A DNA stretch of 64,000 nucleotides from Hemiscyllium ocellatum (taxonomy: Eukaryota): positions 62,001-126,000 of the forward strand of contig NW_026869159.1 in the NCBI RefSeq assembly GCF_020745735.1. The letters are read 5' to 3'. The position numbers and the translations under genes are program-made. Below the pieces are notes generated by a model. The model was not told the origin of the DNA, did not search any database, and saw only the letters and a list, made by a program, of their open reading frames with translations. Positions 1 through 13,375 of this stretch are shown in pieces; within the stretch, counting starts at the first letter, position 1; every line of letters begins with the position of its first letter.

Positions 1-480
1 TTTGTTGCAGTGTGACTAGATTCCCTCCCACCAGTCAAGAAAGGCTTTTTGCCCATTGGCAAGACGAATCATTGATGTCCCAAACGTTTGGATGAAGTGG
101 GTAATATCTTTCTACACTCATCGCCAGAGATCGTAATCGCATGGCATGATTTCGCTGATTATACAGTAATTTGAGATGATCTCTTGAACCCAGTGCCAAA
201 GTGAGATACGAAGAATGGTCTGTCGTCATTATGAACACGTTGATGAAGAATCAGTTCACCAGAAACTGTACAGAAGTTCTCGCAGTTTGGACATTTTAAA
301 CGTCTCTTCTCTCTGCAGTGTGAATGCGCTGATATGTCAGCATGTGTGATGACCCAATGAATCCCTTTCCATACTCAGCATCAATGAATTTCCAACTCAG
401 TCGGGTATTTGAACCCTTTCCCAAAATCGCTAGCGCAGGTGAAATTGAATTCGCCAGTCTGGATAATCTTTCGAAGCCTT
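1..480 (-). pseudogene. C2H2 zinc-finger gene remnant (Kruppel-type array), truncated by the window edge
   Basis: Minus-strand translation gives TGEFNFTCASDFGKGFKYPTELEIH*, EYGKGFIGSSHMLTYQRIHTAER and KCPNCENFCTVSGELILHQRVHNDDRPF. These are finger motifs with TGEKP-like linkers, broken by stops and frameshifts. Confidence 0.8.
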
Positions 481-3347
481 CTGAGTACTCATGCATGTTC
501 ATCTAATTGCACATTTATTAGTGACATGACTATTGAAGAGATTTTGCTTCAAAGCTATGTTCACTTCTGCCATCTTTCAAAACTTTGGTTCTGCTTCGAA
601 CATTTACTTATTCAATTATCCCAGAACAATCCAAATTTTTCCTGGTCATCAGTGAACTATCACCCTCGCGCTTGTCACAAGTGCTTTATCCGTGAGAATC
701 TTAATTTCTTTCTCTGTTTTGTCATCAACATTGCTTTGACGTTGCGACCACTGAATGCACCATTCATGGGAATATATCTCGAAAGTGTCAGAACAATTTC
801 TGCTTGAAAGCAAGACAACGTGATTGCAAGTTATCTGGCTCCAATCCATTCATATCCATTGAAGTTGGGTTTCCACTTCATGGATCTTATTCTTAGCTGC
901 AGCCTTTGCCGACAGACAGAAGAAATGAACATTTGTCTTCTAACTTCCAAACAAATGCTCAGAACATCATGGATTAAACGATGTTGATGTGACAGATGAG
1001 TTCAGTTTCTCCGCCGCCGAGTCTCTGCTTTAGATACACTTCAGAAAAAAGCAATAAAGACCTTCAATACCAGTTCAGAATGGAAAGTCAAAAATGATCA
1101 ACATTTCTCTTTAGTAAATGCTGGAGATCTGAAATGAAGGAGAAATTTAACACATCCAGCAGCATCTGTGGAGAGTAAATGCTCATTAACATTTCAAGTT
1201 CAGCCTCCCGTATGTATTACTGGAAAATCTGCTTTTCTCTACAAAGATTCTGCCAGACATGACTTTCTTCTCACTTCCAGCCTTCCTGCAGTATTCCTGT
1301 TAGTTTGAAATTTCCGTGGGTAAATCCCCAGCAAAAAGATTTAATAAACCCCACCCCTGTCCATTTTGCAGAGGAATTCATGGCTTGCCACTCCACAATC
1401 AGGATGAATGCGCAAGCACGCTGTTTGCCGTTGCACCCCACCAACAAAAATAACAACCTGTCGTTGTGGCTTGTGTTTGAGACACGCGGCACCACAGCTT
1501 CAGGCTAATTCATTGTCAGTGCGGGACTATGAGTGCCTTATTCGGGTTTTGAGGTCTGTAATCGGTGTTAATAAAAGCTACCCCCTCCCGCCACAACCTC
1601 CAATGTCTTTCCCAAATTCTGCTTTCTTTCACATTTCACGGAGACCAAGTAACCATCACCCTGCAGCAGGTGCGGCCACATTGGACATGCATCTTTCACA
1701 ATGCCTACAGTGCATGATCAAATCGGAATTGCACTGCTCATGATCCTATTGCGACGGTCTGGACATGGACAGGGGAGATTGCAAAATAAAAGAGTACGTT
1801 TTTGAATCCGATTCCACATAACTTCAGGGCATTCGCAGAGCTTGTATTTATTAACACATTTTTCATCAATGATATCTCGGCTTTCAGTCCAATCTCGGAT
1901 ACTGCAATAATAAAATTCTGAAATAATTAAAAAAAACACGTAATAAAGAGAGCGTTTGGGTGGTGTTTGAAATTCGTGGGGTGCCAGAGAAATTGTTAGC
2001 GTCGGGTACAATTGTGATATTTAAAAGTCATTTGGTTGGGTGCATGAATAGGAAGATTTTCGACGGATATCAAATGCTGGCAAGTGGGTCACAACCAGTT
2101 TATTAAAAGGTTGAGCCAAAGGTTCTGCTCTGTACTGTGCAACTGTGTATGTATTTAGGAAGTTGATTTCAAATTTAGTGTCCATTCTCAGCAATTTTTC
2201 AAATCAAATATGTCTTCATTTATACCAATAGACTTTCAAAATATTCTCCACCGTATACAACGTGTTGATGGAAGGTAAAGTTGGCTGCTGCTGTACAAAT
2301 CCCTGGTTAGATCATAAAGTGAGCACTGGGTATAGTTCGGGACGGCACATTATATATGGTACATTTTCACATTCAAAGTTTCAGATCGTTTTAAAAATTG
2401 ATGTTCGTCACCTCACTGTAACTTCATGTCCACATCTAACTTATCCAATGCAATTATTATTGCATACCTGCCCTGTGATTGAGCTAAATATGTTATTCGT
2501 GGGCGCTCCCAATCGTGTCTCTCAGAAATGCTCCACATTGATGGAACTTGCCTTTTGGTTTTGAAATGTAATCATTAGTTGGCCAAGACTTTCTTTCCTC
2601 TGTTATGCGAACAATTTTGCTTCTTCTCTTCCTTTATGCTCTCTCGTTCATTTTAAGGTCAATAGGAATAATGAAGAAAGACAGAACAAACTGTAGACTA
2701 ACCAATGAGCAAATCAATGTCTTTCTCTGCTGTTAGCGTTCATCAATTTCACACCAAGAGTAAAGATGTCTGTTTCTATCTTGTGATTGTGGTGGAATAG
2801 TTTTGCTGATTGATTACAAATTCCATTTAGAATTCCTAACTTTCTCAATCCTTTGTGAGAAGTCATGTTTCTTCATATCATTCCTAAATTATGGACACAC
2901 AATTGGGAGAATGAGAGCTCAGCTCTCGGTACTCCAACCCATAGAGAAAGCCAATTTTGCACTCTACTCTCCGAATTTCGACGTTTTCAAGAATTCAAAT
3001 GTAAAATTTGAGAAATGGACTGTCAGAGAGACCAAGATAGTGAATGTGCATGTGCGCACGCGTCCATTTATTTGTGCTTTTGTTTCTCTTTCTGCATATT
3101 TCGATGCCTTTGCTCCAGACACTCTGGGCGTGTTTGTAATTATGAGTGCTTTTATTTAGTGTGTAATAATGTGTGTTTCCATATTTGTGAATATCTCGAT
3201 ATCTGAATCTGGGTGCGATCGACTGTCTGTTGTTTTGGAGGTTGATTCAAAGGGAAGTGTGAAAACCTCTTTCTCTTTTTCTGTCTCTCTTGTTGTTGAA
3301 GTCATCAAATATTGCTGCTCACGTGGAGCTGTGTCTCGATGTGTGTG

Positions 3348-3430
3348 TGAGTCTCGATGTGTGTGTGTGTCTGTGTGTGTGTGTCTGTGTGTGTGCCTGC
3401 GCGCGCACGTGCGTGTGTGTTTGTGTATGT
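3348..3430. repeat. (TG)n microsatellite, imperfect
   Basis: Directly visible TG/TGTC run. Confidence 0.95.
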
Positions 3431-3924
3431 GTCCATCTATGCCTGCAATGGGACAAACTTTGCCCGGGAGGGACTGTTGAATGAATGATTAAAACCTGAT
3501 GAATAAGAAGCTCACAATCTCTCTCTCCATTTGCATGCCTGTCAGTCTCTTTTCTGTTTAAAGTGATACAAAGACGCCCTCTACTGGCTTCCATTGTTAT
3601 GTGTTTGAACTGATTCAGTTTCTTCCAATGTATTAATGGTTAGAATCATGTGACGTTTTGATGTCTCTCAAATGAGTGCTGTTGTTCCATGCTTCATCGA
3701 AATACTTCACTACTACAAAAGTGTTTGTTATTTTTTCTACAGCGCCTCATTTGTTTAACAGTAAATCACATTTTGCCATCTCAAAAGGCACGCAATAAGT
3801 TCTGTATTCATTCCTTAAATGAGCAGCGTTAGTCCATTCAAAGAAAATATTTCTAATAATTGAACTTTTGTGTTATAACCAACAAACGAATTGTGAAACA
3901 TTTCAAGCTTACTTGTCTGCTCGT

Positions 3925-4275
3925 CTCTGCGAGAAGCAGTATACTGCAGAGTCTGTGAGTTTCTGTTTTCAACAGTTTGAACTGGTATGAGTGGTTCATG
4001 AGGAAATTCCGAATAAATCAATTTTCCAGAAAACCCCAGCTGTTGTCACTGGTAAAGGCAAAAGTTTTTGCCCTTTCCTAATTGCTCCTTGAATTGACTG
4101 CATTGTAAAATATATTCAGAGGTCAATGAAGAGTCAAACGGCTCATCAGGTCTTGGGGTACATGCACACCTAGAAACATTGTGAACCTGCATTATCCAAC
4201 CGATATCAAAACTTGTCTTTTTTAAAAAAAACATACCAGTTGATTTCCGTGTCACGCTCACAATTCAAGGAACTA
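3925..4275 (-). pseudogene. Heavily decayed TCR alpha/delta-type V segment
   Basis: Minus-strand pieces SVTRKST..., EYILQ, IYSEFPHE and KLTDSAVYCFSQR align by eye with the V at 11000-11305. A nonamer-like ACAATTCGT (3886-3894) resembles that of the V at 22494. The heptamer is lost and there are several frameshifts. Confidence 0.5.
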
Positions 4276-5832
4276 GTTAATTTCAGAATACATACTAACT
4301 GAATTTTCATTCCGCCTGCCGCTTTGCCTGTAGAATATTACCCTGAGCGATTAATTCGGAAAATCAGTCAGAAGAGTTCACCTTCGAATTTTGTTCACAA
4401 AATCGAGAGGAAATCCCAACACAATCATATGTCTCTCTGAATTTTAGATTACAAATGAAACCCAACTTTGTGACAATCCTGATGTGGAACACAGATACTC
4501 ATGGAGAAATCCAAAAGTCGACGGATGTACTGAAATAAGTCCAGCAAAACGCTTCACAGTTTTAAACGAAGGTAAAAAAAAAGCTTGAGGGTGCGGAAAA
4601 TATCAAGTAAACCAACCACCACATTTTTAAATTGCTTACGAAATGACTTATGCGTCCCGCATAGGTCCATCTCGATATAAAAACACTTTGCCAACAAGAT
4701 ACTTCAGGCCGAGTCTTTACATTTATGCAATTTTGCTTTCGACAGATTTTAATGATTACATGGAATCCAAAGTGTACGTGGTGCACACAGACAACTGGAA
4801 ACGAGAGAAAAGCTCTACAAGACATTGTCCTGTTGATTATTGCAGCATGCTGAATGGACAAATATGCAAGCCCATGACATACGTTCCGATTCAGTAACTG
4901 GGCAAGCATAGAGACTAAATTGAAACATGATCTGCTGCAATACAATCAAAGGTATCACTTGATGAAGTATGACTGGGTACATGGTTTCATTTAATGTAAT
5001 ACAAACAGACACTGGGTCCAGTGCAGTTACGATTTACACAGCACCAGATTCACGCCATGTACATAATCTAGATTTCACTACCATCAGCAAGACATACTTT
5101 CGTCGTGGAAATGTTATGTAAAGTTGATTTTACTTTTTGGTCCTCAAATTAACAATGAAATCAGAGAAATATTAGAGCGCAAAAGGGAGCCTATTCGGTT
5201 ATTGTGAATGTCCTCCAAAAGAGCAATTCACCAGAGGTCAGTCACCTTCGATAGAACAGAACCATTTCTGCTGTTCAGAAATGCAAGTCTTCCATTTCAA
5301 AAGTCTCTTTAGATTCTGCCTCCAACAAATTCCCAGTTAGATGCTGACAAATTCTAAATTTTCGCTGTGTTGATCAACTTGATTGTGTCATTGTTCTTCC
5401 GTCTCCCAGGTTCCTAAAATTTGTACATTGTTTGCATGTCAATCCTTGCATTCTACGGGAACTATTACCTCCTCCAGCCTGTTCAGACTCCAAGTGATTT
5501 TAAATCGCTCGACCTCATCTGCATTCAAACTTTTCATTTCCCAAGCAAGTAGGCACAAACTCACCGATCTTTAGATATTACTGTTACTGGTGTTCCTCAT
5601 CGCTGGGGCAATTTCATACACAATTTATTGCTCCCCTCTCAGAATTCCGCAATAGAGATCGTAGATGCAGATTTTGATTTTCCACACCACCCAGAAATTC
5701 AGCACCTTCGATTGTTCCGTATTCTATAATTATTGTTACAACAGAGAGTCTAAGATTTCACGAGTTCAGAAGCTAAAATACCCAAAAATGTCATGCAGTA
5801 AAACATTCTTATAGACAATGATGTAAGAGAAT

Positions 5833-6761
5833 TTATGTGGTGATTTTCTGTTGCGTGTTTTGCCATTTAAACCAGCTGGTGATTAAGACAAAAGGACACA
5901 TTAGCACGTTCTTCATTTCCTCTCGGAACTTATTTTGAGATATCGCGTAGATGAAGACGTTGTTGCAGGAACTGAGTAACTGGAGCATATTTATAATCTC
6001 TGATAGTGTGTATTTTGGGTTATTGAAATCTAGTCCACCAAAGTAGTCCTGTCCTGTAACCTGAATGTAGAGAAATCTTCCGACATATGTGCCCCACAGG
6101 AGTAGAAAGCTGATGGAGATGGCGTACAGCAGAACAATAGACCTCTTGCGTTTGGAAACCTCGTGATCTTCACCGTTCAGAGAGCCACAAAGCCTCCTGC
6201 GGGCCGCATTAACCACTAAAATATGTCTAACAGTGAGGGCGTTAAGCACTAGAATGAGAAAGAATGGAAGAAGTGGAATCAAGACACGGTCAAGGTAGTG
6301 GTAGGTCTGCCAAGCAGGTGAAGTGTAGAACATAGGCTTGAGGCCACAGAACAAAGGCCTCCCATCCAATATAACCAAGGGTTCATAGGTAAAGAACAAA
6401 GGGATGTTTTTGCTGCAGAACAAGGAGCAGATCACGCCTATGACGAGCAATGCAGTTTTCTCAGTACAGTATCTGGTACTCAGACTCGAGCAGGTGATGG
6501 CCACAAAACGATCAATGGTGAAGGCTACTGTCAGCCAGACTGATCCATCACGGCTGATGTAGACCAAAACTGCACTAAATGCACACACTGGCGTAGCAGA
6601 TAGGATCGTGTACCTAAGATAAATGCGACCGATCCTGTTCAGAATGCAGCCAGTGAAAATAACAAGGAAATCAGCGAAAGCTATCGCCATCAGGTAGTTG
6701 GTGACACAACGTGAGAGTCCGCATCGTCCTCGGGATAGGATTATGATTGACACCAAGTTGG
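5833..6761 (-). CDS. Rhodopsin-class 7TM GPCR of the elasmobranch-expanded 'GPR139-like' family, exon 2
   Basis: 307-aa ORF with class A motifs: YLMAIAFAD (TM2), TIDRFVAI (DRY-like), KRSIVLLYAIS (TM6), NNVFIYAISQNKFR (TM7/helix 8). The exon is preceded by the acceptor ttttgaccacttgcag and starts CC AAC (A-N), completing the TM1 PAN motif. Confidence 0.93.
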
Positions 6762-8433
6762 CTGCAAGTGGTCAAAAGAGAGAGTTGGTACAATGCTAAT
6801 TTCAAATGCTTGCCATTGTCTCGTCCATCCTGTTACTGCTATCATCTCAAACATTCATTCATCACTCTGAGATAATGACTCTTCTAAAAGTATAGTGTCA
6901 CTGCTGGATAAATCATTAGTCAAAACAGGGGCTACTGAAATCTGTATCACTACCACTTCTTCCGTCTGGTAATATCCACCTATCCATTCAATGATTGCAG
7001 ACAAAGAGAATTCCTAATGCAGGGAAAGACGTCATTTGCAGTTCGAATACTTAATCTCTGTAGGGCATCCCATCTATTCCCACTATGTCCCCGTAATCAT
7101 GTGTTTATCATAGCTAGCCCATCTAACTGCATATCACCTGTGCACAATGGCACAATTTAGCTTGGCCAAATCATCTTATGTGGATATCTTGTACTATGGG
7201 ACGACTCCTGATCAAACAGCAGGCACCTTTGCATACACAGGAAGCAGATGAAAAACTCACACAGACAAGGATGGAATGTCACCCTGGTCCCTCACATTCG
7301 CATAGTATGCAGTTCATCCCTTGTCCCAAGCATACAATGGGTCTCCGCCTGGCAACACCTCACTTTCATTCATCTCATCTTAATGTTTATTAGGTCAGTA
7401 ATTGCCACTTGCATCTATTTAGAATTCATAAACCACGTCTGTCATCACCACGTGCCTCACATTTTGCTCTGTTGTGCATCCCTGAAGCATGTCATCTCTC
7501 CCACTCAATCTATAGTTGTCGAGCATCTAATCCCTGGAAGTCTCTCCCTGGAAGGTTATTTCTACTCTTCTTTCTTAAGAATGCTTCTAATAATCTATCT
7601 CTTTGATAAACATATTGTTGCTCACACTAGTATTCCTTCCATCTTTCAACAGAATTTCCTAATATCCACGCTCCTGCGAATCAATCAATCTTGACATAAT
7701 GCGACGGCTGAAAGAACATGGACAACTCCAGCTTCTCCAGTGCTAAACGCAAATTGAGACATCCATATTGCATTATCATTAAAATATGAGTATTTACACA
7801 AAATTTGAATGAAAATGTACAAAACCTATCAGCATCATACAATTTTCGTCACAGATTTTAGCAAATTTCTCTCTCCTAAACCTTTTCAAATGTGTCCATG
7901 TCTTATTTAAAATCACATTTAAAATATTGACTATTGAATGGGAACTCACTGCAACATAACTTATTTATTTCATGAAAGTCTCACCATTGATTTTTGTAAT
8001 AACTTAACGTATTTTTCGAAGTTAGAATGCCCTTAACGTGATCATTGTATGATATGAATTACTTATAATGATGCCATATGATGTGTATTCGAAAATCGAA
8101 CTGCTTGCAACATGACACACAATCACTCACAAGTCACTAAGTGATTTTTTGATTTGTGTGCAACATCATTACAGAAACTAATATTCAGCAAAATAACTGA
8201 CTGATGTTCACGCAAATATATGATATACTTGTGACACTGCATGCAACAAATTGAGCTACATATTTTAAAGGTGTATATAAAGTGGCAGCTCAAGATATTG
8301 CTGCCTAGTGATCTATCTCAATCTCATAAAATGTAGAGTTCTGCAAATAAATTCAGCCTGGACCTGAAAAGCAATGTGCCAGAAGATTTATAGAACAGAA
8401 AATAACATTATCGTTTTGTCATCTATTATTTAC

Positions 8434-8503
8434 CAGGGACACCAATAGCAGCGACAATGGGGTAAGCAATTCCAAAGAAGAGTCCTTTCGCTGGCCCGTG
8501 CAT
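8434..8503 (-). CDS. Exon 1 of the same GPCR (MHGPAKGLFFGIAYPIVAAIGVP)
   Basis: ATG at 8503, 70 nt, phase-1 donor G|gtaaat. It splices in frame to 6761, giving a 332-aa protein and a 1672-bp intron. Confidence 0.88.
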
Positions 8504-10867
8504 TGTTTTTTTTCCCTCCAGAAACTAAAGCAATTGGAAAGAACTGAGCTCTGAAAAATACACAGAGTCCCACATATATTCCATCTTGGTGTCTCTAGAG
8601 AAACAATTAAGTTGGATCATTCAGCTCATTTATAGTTCTGCCAACAGCAAATTAACTCCGGTTTTGATGCCTTCCAATTTGACAATTAGCAATGCAGCTG
8701 CTGCCATCAACTCCATGGACGAATTGGCTCCATAGACTTCTGATGCGCTCATCCGCACAAACCATGGTTTTCTGTCTCCCTTTCGTTTCTATCGCCACAA
8801 TATTAAACCTAAAATTGATGCTTCTGTCAGTTTCACTTTTCATGTACTTTTTTGATGTGACAAGTCAGATTGGTTCATTTGCTTGGTCTGTTCATCAGGG
8901 TTGTCATGTTTTATGCCTTAATGTGACCACATCGCTGACAAATTTAAAATTACGTTGATATCAGATGCACATTTTTGACGGTGGAAATACGCAAAAACGG
9001 TTCGTTTGTCCTGCTAATCGAGAAGTGCAGACAGGTCTTCAACCTTTCGACTTCTGGTTCAGGATTTAGAAAGCTCGAATTGTGGGCTGGGGTTTGTTAT
9101 ATTTGCTAAATGCGTCAACAGGTGAAGCAGCAACTTGTATTTTGATTTGGAATATCGTATCAAAAGCACTGGTAATTAGAGGCACTTCCGTTATAAAGGA
9201 AAAACAATAGAGATAATGTGATAGAAAAAAAATAAACATGATCCCTTGCAATAGCCATTATGATAGGTCCTGACCCATTCAACAATGTCATTTTGACTCA
9301 CCAGCGTTAACACCAATACAAACTGCAACACCTGTATTAACTGTTTAAGTTTGTGCAAACATGGTGTATGGCATGGCAATAGATTGGTGAGTCATCTTTT
9401 TGACACACTGCATCTGATATAAGTGCATAAGTTACATATGCGATGATAAAAGGTGAAGTTAAACAAAACCAGCTCTTGACAATGTAGAATGTCGACAATA
9501 TGGTAGTAAGCCATGCAGCCCATTGAAACCAAACTGACCCACTGAAAAACATGAACCCTATTCTATCGCATTCCAGTAACCACACATTGCCCACAGCTAA
9601 TCACATTGCCTGCACATGATTGAACTGTGTGCGGATACCTGGAGTGCAGCAAAAATTTGTACACACCATGAGAGATGTTCGCCAGAAAGTGGAATAGAAC
9701 CTATGTACCCAGTGCATTGCGACAGCCTTGCAACCACTGAATTACCATGCCAGCCAATGGCACTTGCCAGCAAATGCAGAGAAAACAGCATTCGATTCTA
9801 CCGTCACATTCATTAAAAATTATTTTTATTTACCTAATTATTTTATTCCAAATCGCTCAGACACACAGTCCTTCCACATTTGCTGCAGGGAGCTGTCATC
9901 GTCAGAGAGCAGCTATGTTAACTGGGGAACTCCAGTTCTGATAGTTGAAGAACAAGAAATACTTCCCTTTTCTAGTGTTGACTACAGAAATAATAACATT
10001 GATGGGGCGATATTTTGTTTAGACTCTGTCCATCACGGTGTTGTCAGATGAACAAACTGAGTTTGTTTTTTTAAATAAATTATAAAGAACTGCAGTTACT
10101 GGATATCTGAAACAAAACCGAAACACCGGGTGAAACTCACCCAGTTTGGCAGTATCTGAATCAACGTTTCAGTTCCAGTGACAGTTTTTCAGTATTTTGT
10201 TCCTTTTTCACAAAGATCATGACATGAAGTGAGGCTAACAGGAGCTTGAAAGTAATGCAATTTAAGAATAAAGCAGCTACAAGTTACCTGGCTGTCACCC
10301 AATATCTATAATGAACCAATGAGCAAAGGTCCGGGAATTACTCAAGGCTTTCCCATCTCTTGACGAAAACAATTTTAACTTTGGCCAGTTCTGATCATAT
10401 TCAACGTGATATCTCTGCAAACAGATCGTCTGCAGCTCTCTGTTTATTACTCCTAGCTGCAGTTCTTCTGAACTGTAGGTTCACAATTTGTGAAACGTTA
10501 TGCTTCTGCTCTTTGCTGGGAATTAAATTGATTCGAGCAGTTCTGGCAACACAGAGACAGCAACACGTTCTCCACAGATGAAAATCATCTGGATATAAAC
10601 CTGTCCCAACACAGAGCAAAAGTTGGGGTAAATTAACAACTGTACTTGGTAAAAAAAAGGCAGTGAAAGAGTTAGACTAGGAAGCCAGACAGGATTGAGG
10701 CGATTGAAACAACTTGTCAAAGGCCGTACTCTTAAATTAACCGACTAATTCCCGATGTCCCCTTGGGAGGGGAATGGGAAATTACCTCATTAAAGGTGTG
10801 GCCTGTGTTTTGAAGAACTTTTTATTTCATTTGCCAAAGTCCTTGCTTGTTCCAGTCGCAGTGTTGT

Positions 10868-11305
10868 ATGAAACAGATTCTTGTTCAACTTCCCTACCAA
10901 TTATTTCTCTGTTTATTGTTCAGGATGAACGGACTGATTCTGGGCGATAAAAATAATTAAGTAACTATTTAAATTTAGTCTCACTCCCGATTCTTACTGT
11001 GTTTTGTCGCGCAGATTCTGTCTTACAATGACCAGCCGCAATCACATTGAATGTGGGAGATGATGTCCTGTAATTCTACAACCATATAGCTACACTAAGC
11101 AGCGATCCTGAACTCTTCTGTTTCTGGCAGCATTCCAGCTGCGTCAGGGAATATCTCCTGAAGAGAACCATTACATCAAGACCAGAGACACACCTTTCAG
11201 AATTCGGCCTTTTCTCTGAGTTTGATCATGTGAATCGCACTACACAGCTGAATGTGTTGAAAATAGAATTGACAGAATCACGGTTTATTACTGTACACTG
11301 AGCCC
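10868..11305 (+). pseudogene. TCR alpha/delta V pseudogene (leader 10868-10924, V exon about 11000-11305)
   Basis: Leader MKQILVQLPYQLFLCLLFR is homologous to 60848-60902. The V reads FCRADSVLQ*PAAITLNVGDDVL*...ELTES/VYYCTLSP. It has two stops, a frameshift and both splice sites mutated. Confidence 0.85.
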
Positions 11306-11344
11306 CACAGACACTCAGAACATGGTCGATCCAGCACAAAACTG
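11306..11344 (+). other. 23-bp spacer recombination signal sequence (RSS)
   Basis: CACAGAC - 23 nt - ACAAAACTG directly after the YYCTLSP codons. Confidence 0.85.
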
Positions 11345-11884
11345 TCAGAGGGCCACTGAACATGAGAGCATGTCAATGAAACAGTGAGATGAAGGGCACA
11401 TCTGCGGTGGAACCAGAATTAACGGTGACATCATCTATCTCATTCGAAGACAAAGCTTTAATCATTAATAACCACCTATTAAAATGAGCTAACGTCGTTA
11501 GTTCAACGAATGATATAAAAATAATGTATTTTGTGCCTTTTGACATGTCCCAAGCTATTTCAATGCTTCAGTGACGTTGTGCTGTCGAAAATGCAGGGAC
11601 TAGTTGATGTTAAAGAGAATCCTTTAGCCACATAAGGAATTGTAGAACTCGTTTGAGAGACAACAACCTGTCACATATTTCTCGCACTCAAACAGTCGTG
11701 CAACGAGAATAACGTAAAACAAATTGCAGGTTACTCAGCACTGCCCCGTACTTCCATATTTGCAACTCTAGAATGGTGAACTAGAGGTTCGGCGATACAG
11801 TATCATGCAGACCTTGTCAGCATATCAATAATAAAGCCAGTTCTAAAACACATCTGAACAATAATAACCAGTCAAAAACATACA

Positions 11885-12230
11885 GAATATAGAACATAGA
11901 ACGTTATAGCGCAGGACAGGCCTTTCGGCCCTCGATTTTGCACCCACACGTGAAATTAATCTGATGCCCATCAAACCTACACCATTCCATTTTTATCCAT
12001 TTGCATGTTCAATGCCATGTAAATTCCCTTAACATCTGCAAGATTAAGTCCTGTTGCAGGCAGGCCGTTCCACGCCCCTTCTAATCTCTGAGTAAAGAAA
12101 CTGCTCCTGATATCTGTCCTAAATCTATCACCCCTCAATTTAATGCCATGAAACCTTGTTTTCGCCTTCACCATCCGAGGAAATAGGCTCTTATTGTCCA
12201 CCCTATTTTAGCCTCTGATTATCTTACACA
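11885..12230 (-). mobile_element. CR1-type LINE 3' fragment
   Basis: ORF 11977-12201 (KTRFHGIKLRGDRFRTDIRSSFFTQR) matches the CR1 ORF2 C-terminus at 47240-47330. The (CATAGAA)n tail is on the reverse strand. Confidence 0.85.
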
Positions 12231-13029
12231 TCAGTTGCATTGAAAAAATCGTGATGTGAAGATTTCTTATTTCTATTTCGCCTTAAGATCACTGTTCCCT
12301 CTTTCCTCTTCTGATCTGATTGGTCAAACAACGGAGTCTGTTCACTTCATTTTCATTCATCGAAATGCGACATGTATGCATTACTGTATTGTGTTCAGAT
12401 CTCTGAAGAACCATTGGCTGGGGCTAACGGCTGCACGGAGCTCTCATCATCAGTGAAATGCTGTTTTAAATGAGCCTCTGTATCTGAGAGACGTACAGCA
12501 TGATGGGTTTGGCTGGTCTTTGTATCCACCTTCCATATTCAACACATTAAGCTCATACAGAAAGATCACAAACGTGTAAAAGAATTAGATGGGGGTTTGT
12601 TAGCTCATTGCAGTCTACCTCCCTTTTCCATTATATTTTCAACATGTCTTTCCAATCCTCTTTCTTACCTCTTAACCTCTCTCAATGTACGTTTCAAATT
12701 TCCTTTTTATCTTTAGCTTTCTGACTTAAACTTGGTTGGTTTAACCCCTTATGGAATCATTCTTCCTCATTAGGATGCTGTCAGCCATGAACCAATTTCT
12801 TCAGTATTTGCCGTTGTTATTGACCAAATTTTCTAGTCGACTCTCATTCTTTTGAAAGGACAATATACAACCTAGAATAGTTACTTATGAATCATATTTC
12901 TCCATTCTAAACTGAGGGCTAATTTCAGACATAACACAGTCACTCCGAAATCTGCTGTTGTTCGTTGATTCCACTCCTGCTTTACAGGATTGAACTTCAT
13001 CAGGGAATGTAGGTGGAGACGAGGATGAG

Positions 13030-13375
13030 ACCACCTCGTGGCATCACTGCTGGACTGTTAATACAGAGATCTAATTAAATATCTGGGCACAGAGTATGGA
13101 CCCCCTGCCGTCGGTTGAATTTGAATTCAATTTTTAAAAAGCTGGGGTTAAGAATCTCGTGAGGATTACGAACCCATTGTCGATTGTATTAATAACCCAA
13201 ATGGTTCACTGATATCGTTTTGGGAAAGAAACTGCCATCCTCACCTGGTCTGACCTACATGTGTCTCCAGACCCACAGCAATATGGTTGACACTTAAGTA
13301 ATCTCTGTTAGGGATGGAGAATATTCATTGCCTTACCAGCGACACCCTCATTCAGTAAACAAGTAACAAAAATAA
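13030..13375 (+). mobile_element. DeuSINE (SacSINE1-like) remnant
   Basis: Contains GGTTCACT...CTGCCATCCTCACCTGGTCTGACCTACATGTG.CTCCAGACCCACAGCAAT.TGGTTGAC, recognisable as the Deu domain, and ends in an A-rich tail. Confidence 0.55.

Noticed and set aside
3169-3594. ORFs with CVCV and HTHT runs (also at 24850-25322 and 32788-32985)
   Set aside because: These are translations of (TG)n/(CA)n microsatellites.
8652-8843. TKGRQKTMVCADERIRSLW, superficially like a chemokine C-terminal exon
   Set aside because: No signal-peptide exon or CC/CXC exon was found upstream, and it lies in the 5' flank of the GPCR.
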